DNA of 32,000 nucleotides from Moraxella nasovis (GTDB lineage Bacteria; Pseudomonadota; Gammaproteobacteria; Pseudomonadales; Moraxellaceae): NCBI RefSeq assembly GCF_022701215.1, contig NZ_CP089976.1, positions 1,380,001 to 1,412,000 of the forward strand, read 5' to 3'. Shown piece by piece: positions 13,050 to 20,712 of this stretch (position 1 is its first letter; each line of letters starts with the position of its first letter). The notes under the pieces were generated by a model. It saw only the letters and a program-made list of their open reading frames with translations, ran no database searches and was not told where the DNA came from. The position numbers and the translations under genes were made by a program.

Positions 13050-13360
13050 TTATGGCAAGATTTGCCATGAGCGTATGATAAGGTTGTTTTATAATTTAGT
13101 AAAATTAATAAATTTTAATTTTTTATTTGATTTTTTAAATCAAAAAAGCAAATCAATTTTTATGTTTTGATTGATAAATTTTATGGTGAAATGCATGCTG
13201 GTTTATATAGCATTTGATTATAATTAGGTGATCGAACATAAATGATAAAATTTGACAAGCTTATCACGCATCGCACAGATGGCAGGGCATAAATGTGGGT
13301 GAATGATGATAAGCCTGCCTTTGTTAAAACAGTCAAGTTGCCAAAATCATCAAATGCATA

Positions 13361-14191
13361 TCATTGTGGCTGTATGCCGATGTCAATACGATGAGCACCT
13401 GCCTTGGCGGTATTTAGATCAAATTCTGCTTTAATGCCGACACTCACCATACAATATAATGTGCTATATCCATCTGTAACATTGGTTTGAGGGTCCTGTC
13501 TTTCAATATATTTTTCATAGTCGCTTGGTAGATCGCTAGTAAAAAATTTTGAATAAAATTGACCTGCGGTGTTATTACTGCGATAAAAGGTAATGGTTGC
13601 CTTTCTGCCTTGTTCATCAATAATCTCGCCTTTGGCAATGTCATTACCCACGTTTGATGATTGTAGAGACGCATTATCATTCACAATAAACATTTGCGGA
13701 TTATTTCTTAGGTAATCTCGTATTCTAGTATGATGGGAGCGACATAGATTTTCTCTAAGGGCTTTTCTAGCGTTACCTGTGATGTCGCCTTTAAATAGCC
13801 CATAACTATAAAAATTATAGACATCACCAAGTGGTAGTCTAAAATCAGTTTTGCTGTTGTATTGCACACTGTTTGTGATGGCAGGGATATTGCTGCTTTG
13901 GCTGACGTCTATTTGGCTGGCTGTGATGTCGGCAGTGGCAGAAGCACCGCCTAATGAGATGGCACGCATAGGGACGATGTTTGTCTCGGTAAATCGTTTG
14001 ATGAGTGCTTGAGGGGCATTGTCAGCTTTACAAAAATAGATATTTTGATACTCTGGGTCGGCTGTATAGATAACCTGCAATACAGGGTCTATTTCTCTAG
14101 CTGTTTGATTGATACTAGGACAGCCTGCCCACGCCACAGACGTACCACCCATGATGGCAGCAGTGATAGACAGTTTGATGAGTGCGTGCAT
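13361..14191 (-). CDS. Hypothetical secreted protein or lipoprotein, last gene of the chaperone-usher-like operon (candidate adhesin or accessory)
   Basis: 276-aa ORF with AGGAA SD. The signal peptide ends in AWAGC, which could be a lipobox or an SPase I site. The sequence contains 4 Cys. The gene starts 42 bp after the usher-like gene. I recognise no family. Confidence 0.55.
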   Translation of the reverse strand: MHALIKLSITAAIMGGTSVAWAGCPSINQTAREIDPVLQVIYTADPEYQNIYFCKADNAPQALIKRFTETNIVPMRAISLGGASATADITASQIDVSQSSNIPAITNSVQYNSKTDFRLPLGDVYNFYSYGLFKGDITGNARKALRENLCRSHHTRIRDYLRNNPQMFIVNDNASLQSSNVGNDIAKGEIIDEQGRKATITFYRSNNTAGQFYSKFFTSDLPSDYEKYIERQDPQTNVTDGYSTLYCMVSVGIKAEFDLNTAKAGAHRIDIGIQPQ

Positions 14192-14233
14192 GATGTTTCC
14201 TGTATGTGCTTTTTGATTATTTTGGTGGTTTAT

Positions 14234-16825
14234 CTACTTGTCTGTGATGGTGTTAGGTGTATTAGTAGGCTGCATGACCACACCCAAGACATAATCATCG
14301 TGAATAAAAATATGCTTATCATCATAGCCTTTGGCACGTAAGACATAATCGCCATTTGCCAAACCATCTAATAAGAAATAACCATCATCATCGGCAGTGC
14401 TTTGGGCGATAAGTTTACCGTTTTGCCATACTTGAATGCTGGTATTTTTGCCAGTTATGCCACGAATACCATAGCTTTTGGCAAGTTTCCAGTTGATATA
14501 AGTGGGTATTTTGTCTTGGATTTGGACGATAGCGTTGGCAGGCAGGCTGTACTGAATGGGTAATGTACGCCCATCAAGACCAATGCGGTGTACGCCAGCT
14601 GGCAAATCTAGTGCGTAGGTGCTTTGGCGTTTACCTTCGGAGAGTGTATTGGCGACACGCAAATCATCACCTACATAAAAATAGCCTTGGCGTTGATTTA
14701 GATGCAGCCAACGAGCGTCTAATAAGTCAGGGTCTGGCTGCATGTACTGATGTAGGTCATTATCGTGGTTGATGGTGATGATGGCTTGCCCTGATGATGA
14801 ACCTGTGTATCTGCCAAATTTTGGGGGTTTGGCAGGGAGTTTGTAGCCGTCTAGTCGCACTCGTATGAACCAGCCGTTGTCTTGGGTGGTCTTTTGATAA
14901 TCTGCTGTGTGATAGGCATAATCTGTGCGTTGGCTGTGGCGGTTTTGGTGATAGCCTGCATTTAGCTCCACACCGTCTTTGATGTGGTATTGCCAATAGC
15001 CTTCTATGCCAAGGCGATTTGGTTTGTTTTGCCATGTTGCTTTTAGTGTCAAGTCTTGCCTGTTGGCAAAGTGATGGCGGACGCTCGCACTAAGCGATAA
15101 GCGATGTGGCTCTTGGTTTTTGGGGCGATAGATATACTCAATGCTTTGTTCTAAGGCGGTCTTGGCGTTAAGATGTTCTGATATGGAGAATATCTGTCTG
15201 TTTGGGTCAATGCTATATCGGTAGCTGTTTTTGATGATACCGCCTGCGTCTGTGTAGTTGGCATGATACCGCCAATAGCCGTCATTGCGTAGCTCTGTGC
15301 CATGCGTAAAGCGTGGGTTTGGCTTGGCATTGGCAAATAGACTTACTTTCTTATCGCTTTGGTGGATAGAGACATTTAGATTTGGCTTGGGCTGGTAATA
15401 GATGTTTGATGAGTGGTGTGTCTGCCCTTGTGTGCGGTTTAGGCGGTAATTGGCATGCCAGTTTTGACGATAATAGCTCATATCTAGCTGATGATTGCCA
15501 TTGCTTTGGTAGCTGACATCGATGTTGCTGTATTGGTTGGGGGCGATGTTCGTGCCAAGTCGCCAAAGCGTATCAGACCTTGTGCTGTTATTATCATTTG
15601 GGGCGTAGCGAACACCGCCAGTTAGGGCGATGTGATTGTTTAGACCATAAGCAAAATGACCATAAGCCATATTGCTGTCTTTATTTTTACCAAATTTATC
15701 CAAATCATCAAATACGCCAAGCTGACCTATGCCTGCCCCAAGCAGTAGCTCATCGGTTGCAACTCGGCTTGTGCGTTTCGCTAGTGAGATGGTGTCTGTG
15801 CGTACGGCAATCGGTGAAAATGGGTGTTCATAGATGGCAACTTGTATCAGACTTTGGCGGTTGATTTGCGTCATGTCTAAATTTAAAAATTCATAACGAC
15901 CATCTAGCAAGGTCTGCACTTTGGCAATAGGGCGACCATCTACCAAAAGCTCTGCCACGCCACCTGCGATACCCACGCCTTTGACGTGTACGAAATCTTG
16001 GTTGGCAGTCTCTAGCAGTGATTTGGTTGTGCCGTCCATAATGTCGCTAAGATGACGTTTGATGTTGGCATTGCTATATGCCACCGCAATGCCTGTTATT
16101 TCATCAAAGGCAGTTTGGGTGTTGCCCAAGCGAAGGGCGAATTTGTCATTGGCAGTTGTCCAGTAGGCGTTATTGATGGTTGCCTTTTGTTTATCATCTT
16201 TACTGACTTGCACGCCCCAGTTGCCATTTTTGGCATAGCCAAAAGCACTTAGGGTGCTATTGGTGTTAATGTGTGTGTTTGGGTGGTCGCTTGTACTATT
16301 GCGATTGCCATAGACACCCCCATCAAAGGACATACCTTGTATGCCAAATACAGCAGGCTTGTGGGTGATGATGTCTTGGTGGGTGGTGTTAGTGTCGGTG
16401 TCATTTGGGCTTTTGGCATACATTAGCACATCAATTTTTAAATCCGCTGGCACATAGCGTGCAAATACGCCAAGCTGTCTTAGGGTATCAAGACTGATGT
16501 AGTGGTCGTTTTGATGAGCGATGATAAGGCTTTTGTCTAAGGTCTTTTGACCAAGTACGCTGTCAAATTGCCAATCGTCCGCTTGCGTTCTTATGCTAGT
16601 AATGCCTAGTGTACTAAGCGATTGGGTGCTTAGATAATAGGCGTCATCATACTTAAGTATGTCAATATTGCCTTTGTCTTGACCATTGACACTAAGCCCT
16701 GCCAACTGCAACTGACTGCCATCGGCACGAGTAGAAGTACCGCCCACATCTGCAAAAGCGACATTCGCCTGTACGCCCAAGGCGATACATAAGATGGCAA
16801 GACTGCTGTATGATGGATTAGACAT
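14234..16825 (-). CDS. Usher-like outer-membrane protein (divergent fimbrial usher candidate)
   Basis: 863 aa with signal peptide ...VQANVAFA|D. An N-terminal segment of about 110 aa reads LAGLSVNGQDKGNIDIL...LSTLGI, followed by an aromatic/Gly-rich beta-barrel-like body. An inserted segment, VKGVGIAGGVAELLVDGRPIAKVQTLLDGRYEFLNLD...LIQVAIYE, resembles the usher plug-domain pattern. The C-terminal Ig/CarboxypepD_reg-like module reads DDDGYFLLDGLANGDYVLRAKG. Size and position between the chaperone-like and terminal genes fit an usher. This rests on pattern recognition only, with no HMM run. Confidence 0.55.
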   Translation of the reverse strand: MSNPSYSSLAILCIALGVQANVAFADVGGTSTRADGSQLQLAGLSVNGQDKGNIDILKYDDAYYLSTQSLSTLGITSIRTQADDWQFDSVLGQKTLDKSLIIAHQNDHYISLDTLRQLGVFARYVPADLKIDVLMYAKSPNDTDTNTTHQDIITHKPAVFGIQGMSFDGGVYGNRNSTSDHPNTHINTNSTLSAFGYAKNGNWGVQVSKDDKQKATINNAYWTTANDKFALRLGNTQTAFDEITGIAVAYSNANIKRHLSDIMDGTTKSLLETANQDFVHVKGVGIAGGVAELLVDGRPIAKVQTLLDGRYEFLNLDMTQINRQSLIQVAIYEHPFSPIAVRTDTISLAKRTSRVATDELLLGAGIGQLGVFDDLDKFGKNKDSNMAYGHFAYGLNNHIALTGGVRYAPNDNNSTRSDTLWRLGTNIAPNQYSNIDVSYQSNGNHQLDMSYYRQNWHANYRLNRTQGQTHHSSNIYYQPKPNLNVSIHQSDKKVSLFANAKPNPRFTHGTELRNDGYWRYHANYTDAGGIIKNSYRYSIDPNRQIFSISEHLNAKTALEQSIEYIYRPKNQEPHRLSLSASVRHHFANRQDLTLKATWQNKPNRLGIEGYWQYHIKDGVELNAGYHQNRHSQRTDYAYHTADYQKTTQDNGWFIRVRLDGYKLPAKPPKFGRYTGSSSGQAIITINHDNDLHQYMQPDPDLLDARWLHLNQRQGYFYVGDDLRVANTLSEGKRQSTYALDLPAGVHRIGLDGRTLPIQYSLPANAIVQIQDKIPTYINWKLAKSYGIRGITGKNTSIQVWQNGKLIAQSTADDDGYFLLDGLANGDYVLRAKGYDDKHIFIHDDYVLGVVMQPTNTPNTITDK

Positions 16826-16845
16826 TCACTCTACCTATCTACCTA

Positions 16846-17418
16846 TTATTCATGCACGTTAATGACGATGGGCATGAAATACTGTGAACCTAGCTTGACG
16901 GTCGTCATGTCGCCTGTCTGTGAGACGATGGGGTTGTCTATGTGTTGGTTGATGGATAAAAGTGCATAATGTGTCTTTTTTGGGAAGTCAGATGGCAAGC
17001 GAAAGGATAATCGCATGGTCTGATGACCATAGCCTTGTACGCTAAAGTCTTTGGGGGCAAATATCGTCCACGCTTTGAGTGTTTGGGCAGTGCTGTCAAT
17101 AGGATTAAAATGCTCATCGGTGTCAATGAGTGTCAGTTCCATCGTCTTAGGATTGTCATCATAATTATAAAATGTGATGGCGTGGTCGGCACGAGTTGTG
17201 GCATCCGAGACGATTCTAGGCGGTGAGATACCAAGCTGTGCAGGGGGTAGTTCATCATGCTGCTGAGCTTGATGAGAGACGATAAGGCTGCCATTATCCA
17301 CCGTCTGCACAAAATCATCGGCATGGCTGTGCATAGATGACACAAGCAGTAGCATACTTAATAATAATTTATGCGGTAGGCTATGTAAAAGTCTATTTGA
17401 CGTGCATTTTGTGTTCAT
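16846..17418 (-). CDS. PapD-like periplasmic chaperone candidate, apparently single-domain
   Basis: 190 aa from the ATG at 17418 (the track start at 17454 is a TTG), with signal peptide ...SSMHSHA|DD. LGISPPRIV ... ITFYNYDDNPKTMELTLID ... WTIFAPKDFSVQGYGHQTMRLSFRLPSDFPKKTHYALLSINQ follows the domain-1 pattern of PapD-type chaperones. The protein ends about 35 aa later, after a G1-like strand (TTVKLGSQYFMPIVINV), leaving no room for domain 2. Confidence 0.5.
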   Translation of the reverse strand: MNTKCTSNRLLHSLPHKLLLSMLLLVSSMHSHADDFVQTVDNGSLIVSHQAQQHDELPPAQLGISPPRIVSDATTRADHAITFYNYDDNPKTMELTLIDTDEHFNPIDSTAQTLKAWTIFAPKDFSVQGYGHQTMRLSFRLPSDFPKKTHYALLSINQHIDNPIVSQTGDMTTVKLGSQYFMPIVINVHE

Positions 17419-17514
17419 CTGCTTTACCCATTTATATGATAAAAAATAACTCAAAAGTGATTGATTAAGCTGTGCGATAAATCAATTACCAATTAAGATA
17501 AAACTATGTTAAAC

Positions 17515-17544
17515 AAGGATACCAGACGCATATCTGATATCCTT
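17515..17544 (-). terminator. Intra-operon hairpin between the subunit and chaperone-like genes (possible attenuator or stabiliser)
   Basis: 10-bp stem aaggatacca/tgatatcctt (one mismatch) with a 10-nt loop. On the minus strand it is followed by a U-containing tract, gtttaacatagtttt. Confidence 0.3.
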
Positions 17545-17581
17545 ATTTTAGGTATGGTTGGTGCTTAGTAAGCCCTGCGTC

Positions 17582-18217
17582 TTATTTTGATGATAAAGTC
17601 AGCTTAAATGTGTCGGCTGATGTATAGACACCTGCTTTTTTGGCATTTGACAAATCTAGCACAAATTTAATATCGCCTTTGGTTGGCTCCCACTTAGATG
17701 GAAGTTCAATCTCTGCAGCAGTAGATGTAGTGGCATTTGAGGCTAATTTAACTTCGCTGGTGGTTAATGAGCCACCATTTGCTTCGTCTTTTCTGTGTTT
17801 TAGTGTGCTGTTGTCATTCTCAACTTTCATGCCAACTTTGCCACTGGTTGTGATTGAACGCACTGCCCATGAATCTTTTAGGGTAACGTTCATTTTGTTA
17901 CCTGCTGTGGCAAGTGGTGATACAGGATCAAGATCGCCTGTCACTTCGGTGCTGCCTGCATTGATTTCTTCGTCTTTTTGACCAGAGCCTGAAACAATAG
18001 CACGATTAACATTGTTATTTAAATTGATAACTGCATAATCCCAGTGATATAGTACCAACACTTCTGGAATGGTAACATAAAGCTGGGTATTACCTGTTAC
18101 AGGTGTTGCTTGTGCAGGGGTGTCATAGCTTGATAGGTCAGGGGTAGCAGCTGACGCAACGCTTGCAATACCTGCCAATGAGGCAGCAACAGCGATTTTT
18201 TTGATGATGTTTTGCAT
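17582..18217 (-). CDS. Secreted putative fimbrial/fibre subunit, first gene of the chaperone-usher-like operon
   Basis: 211 aa with GGAG SD and a clean signal peptide, AGIASVASA|ATP. The protein is Ser/Thr/Asn-rich and Cys-free. Its C-terminus, AGVYTSADTFKLTLSSK, resembles the terminal beta-strand motif of pilins. The assignment rests mostly on operon position. Confidence 0.45.
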   Translation of the reverse strand: MQNIIKKIAVAASLAGIASVASAATPDLSSYDTPAQATPVTGNTQLYVTIPEVLVLYHWDYAVINLNNNVNRAIVSGSGQKDEEINAGSTEVTGDLDPVSPLATAGNKMNVTLKDSWAVRSITTSGKVGMKVENDNSTLKHRKDEANGGSLTTSEVKLASNATTSTAAEIELPSKWEPTKGDIKFVLDLSNAKKAGVYTSADTFKLTLSSK

Positions 18218-18508
18218 ATAAACTCCAAGAGTTAGAAAAAAGAAATAAGTTGTCTATAATGTAACTCGTATATTATATAGGGGAAAAGTCGTATTTCAAG
18301 TGATATTACCTAAAATTACAAAAAACCATACAAACTACTGTACAACTCATCAATATATACACTAGCTTACAAAACTGCCTGATAAAGCTGTGGGTTTGGG
18401 TCGCCTGTTTTTATATTGACTTTGTTTTTAGATGATGACTTTGTAATGAGTTATGCTAAAATACGCCACCAATCACCACCCAAAATATTCAATCCAAAGG
18501 ATAATGTT

Positions 18509-18709
18509 ATGAAACTTACTTGGCAAGACACCACCGACATCGCCATCGCCTTGTCCGAAAAGCACCCAATGATAGATGTGCAGTATATTCGCTTTACCGA
18601 TTTGCACAAGTTTATCACCGAACTTGATGAGTTTGACGATGACCCAACCAAATCTAACGAAGCGATATTAGAAGCCATTCAGATGGCGTGGCTTGATGAG
18701 TTGGATTAG
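18509..18709 (+). CDS. iscX: Fe-S cluster assembly protein IscX (YfhJ family)
   Basis: 66 aa from the ATG at 18509 with AAAGGA SD. MKLTWQDTTDIAIALSEKHP...IRFTDLHKFI..L.EFDDDP.KSNEAILEAIQMAW matches the IscX pattern. The track ORF starting at 18416 adds a spurious extension. Confidence 0.85.
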   Translation: MKLTWQDTTDIAIALSEKHPMIDVQYIRFTDLHKFITELDEFDDDPTKSNEAILEAIQMAWLDELD

Positions 18710-18835
18710 TTCATAGCTTTCTTGTGTTTGGCTTAGCTTAGGGGTTTGGGGCTAAGTTGGTCTAACCTTAACCAAAACTTAGCTAAACTTAACTTGCACT
18801 TAGCCTCCAAACTTAGTCAAAATTAACCTAACAAA

Positions 18836-18872
18836 ACCCCTTTAAGCTTTTTAAATTAAAGTTTAAAGGGGT
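18836..18872. terminator. Bidirectional terminator hairpin between convergent iscX and dapE
   Basis: Perfect 10-bp stem acccctttaa/ttaaaggggt with a 17-nt loop, with aaaa on the left and a T-rich tract on the right. The right arm abuts the dapE stop. Confidence 0.6.
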
Positions 18873-20050
18873 TATTGTATGAGATTGATTAAAATAGTTT
18901 CATAGATTTTGGTTAATTGCTCCAAATCATCTGTCTTTACCTTTTCATCAATCTGATGAATGGTATCATTTAGCACGCCCAATTCCACCACTTGGGCGGA
19001 CATGATTGGGGCGATGAATCTGCCATCTGACGTACCGCCTGATGTAGAAAGTGTGCTGTCTGTGCCTGTAATTTCTTTGATGGCAGATACCACCGTATCT
19101 ACAAAGTCGCCTTTGGGTGTCAAAAACGGCTCGCCTGACAAGCTCCATTTTATTTCATAAGTCGCCTGAGAATTGGCAAAGTGCCTATCTAAGATGTCGT
19201 GCGTTTTTGCCTTTAAAGTTTGGGCGGTGTTTTCATTACAAAAACGAAAATTAAACCAAATATCTACGCTATTGGGTATGACATTACCCGCCCCTGTACC
19301 GCCATTGATATTAGAAATCTGAAAACTGGTCGCAGGAAAATACTCATTGCCATTATCCCACTGTGTCCCCACAAGCTCATTCATGGCAGGAGCAAATTCG
19401 TGTATCGGATTGACTGCCAAATGCGGATAAGCGATGTGTCCTTGCTTGCCTGTGATACTAAGCTGTCCGCTTAGTGAGCCACGCCGTCCGTTTTTGATAA
19501 CATCGCCAAGTGTGCTTGTGCTAGATGGCTCACCCACCAAACAATAATCCATACGCTCGCCACGACTGGCCAAGGTTTCTGCGACTTTTTTGGTGCCGTT
19601 GATTGCCACGCCTTCTTCGTCTGATGTGATGAGTAGCGAGATGTCGCCTTTGTGGTTTGGGTGTTTTTTGATGAATTCATCGCACGCCACACAAAAACAG
19701 GCGATGGCAGTTTTCATGTCGGACGCACCACGCCCCCACAGATAGCCGTCTGTGATAGTCGCACCAAATGGCGGGTATGTCCACAGATTTTCATCGCCCA
19801 CAGGCACGACATCGGTATGCCCTGCAAAGCACAGATGGGGGGCGGTGGGGTCTGTCCCTTTTCGTTTGGCGTATAGGTTTTTGATTTGGGCATTGTCGCC
19901 TGTGTCATTAGGGTCGCCAAAATACAAAAATTCACAGTCAAAACCTAATTTGGTCAAAAAGTCCGCCAAGATATTTTGGCAGTCAAAATCATTGGGGGTA
20001 ACAGATGGCTGTTTTAATAGGTCTATGGATAAGGATAGGGTGGGGGTCAT
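18872..20050 (-). CDS. dapE: Succinyl-diaminopimelate desuccinylase (M20 family)
   Basis: 392-aa ORF with M20 metal ligands in FAGHTDVVP and ITSDEEG. The N-terminus, [15 protein letters not shown]...L..LGF, is typical of DapE. Confidence 0.92.
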   Translation of the reverse strand: MTPTLSLSIDLLKQPSVTPNDFDCQNILADFLTKLGFDCEFLYFGDPNDTGDNAQIKNLYAKRKGTDPTAPHLCFAGHTDVVPVGDENLWTYPPFGATITDGYLWGRGASDMKTAIACFCVACDEFIKKHPNHKGDISLLITSDEEGVAINGTKKVAETLASRGERMDYCLVGEPSSTSTLGDVIKNGRRGSLSGQLSITGKQGHIAYPHLAVNPIHEFAPAMNELVGTQWDNGNEYFPATSFQISNINGGTGAGNVIPNSVDIWFNFRFCNENTAQTLKAKTHDILDRHFANSQATYEIKWSLSGEPFLTPKGDFVDTVVSAIKEITGTDSTLSTSGGTSDGRFIAPIMSAQVVELGVLNDTIHQIDEKVKTDDLEQLTKIYETILINLIQ

Positions 20051-20098
20051 GGTTTGCCTTCTTAATTTTTATCGGTTAATAGGTAATGGTATTTACTT

Positions 20099-20566
20099 TT
20101 AACAATAATTGTATAACAATAATTGTAGCGGATTAACTTCACTGGGTAAAAATCCAAATCGCTCATCGTAATTTGCCAATTCATGATTTTTAGCATCAAT
20201 AATGGCAAATGCAATACCTGTATCATTACTTAATAATTTAATTTTATTTAAGGCATGAGACAGTAGCAATTTAGAAAAACCTTGTCCTTGAAACGCTTTA
20301 TCCACACCCATTTTGCCAATTAAAATAGCAGGGATTTTATTAGGATAGCCTTTGACTTTCATAATAAGTTCGGTATTGGATAAGGTATAAAAACCAATAA
20401 TATGATTGGGATTATTTATATTGGTTAATACATGAACTTTGGCTATATTTTTCTTAATATGTTGACCTGCCAAAGTTTTAAGATAAGCGTTAATTTCATC
20501 TTGTCCGCAATCAAAACTCTGCTTATCATGGTGCTTATCCAATTTTTTAAACACAACATCTTTCAT
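20099..20566 (-). CDS. GNAT-family acetyltransferase toxin (TacT/AtaT/KacT type)
   Basis: 155 aa. It aligns along its whole length to the TacT pattern: FDCGQDEINAYL, GFYTLS, LIGKMGVDKAFQGQGFSKLLL (acetyl-CoA loop), IDAKN, RFGF and P.QLLL. The DNA is markedly AT-rich. Its ATG overlaps the stop of the small upstream ORF (ATAATG). Confidence 0.85.
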   Translation of the reverse strand: MKDVVFKKLDKHHDKQSFDCGQDEINAYLKTLAGQHIKKNIAKVHVLTNINNPNHIIGFYTLSNTELIMKVKGYPNKIPAILIGKMGVDKAFQGQGFSKLLLSHALNKIKLLSNDTGIAFAIIDAKNHELANYDERFGFLPSEVNPLQLLLYNYC

Positions 20567-20712
20567 TATGTCAAATCCGCCACATCATGACTTAATGTAA
20601 GTAGCTTTTTTAATTCATCATTGGCTTTGGGTGGATTATCCAATAAGTGTTTAATAAGTTCAATATCATTATCTTTAATATACCAAACTTGTTCATTGTC
20701 ATTTTTATTCAT
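20566..20712 (-). CDS. Truncated DUF1778-like antitoxin (C-terminal toxin-binding half only, 48 aa)
   Basis: My hand translation gives MNKNDNEQVWYIKDNDIELIKHLLDNPPKANDELKKLLTLSHDVADLT*. LDNPPKANDELKKLL matches the conserved ..W....L..PP.....L.... C-terminal motif of TacA/AtaR antitoxins. The frame is closed by a TGA 4 codons upstream of the ATG, so there is no RHH domain. The ATG overlaps the TGA of the oxygenase gene (TGATG). Confidence 0.55.
   Translation of the reverse strand: MNKNDNEQVWYIKDNDIELIKHLLDNPPKANDELKKLLTLSHDVADLT

Noticed and set aside
13078-13144. OxyR-like spacing (ATAa-N7-tTAT...) and the small palindrome tttgattt/aaatcaaa upstream of katG.
   Set aside because: Only two of the four OxyR tetrads match, and only partially. 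The region is nearly pure A/T, so such matches are not significant without a matrix scan.
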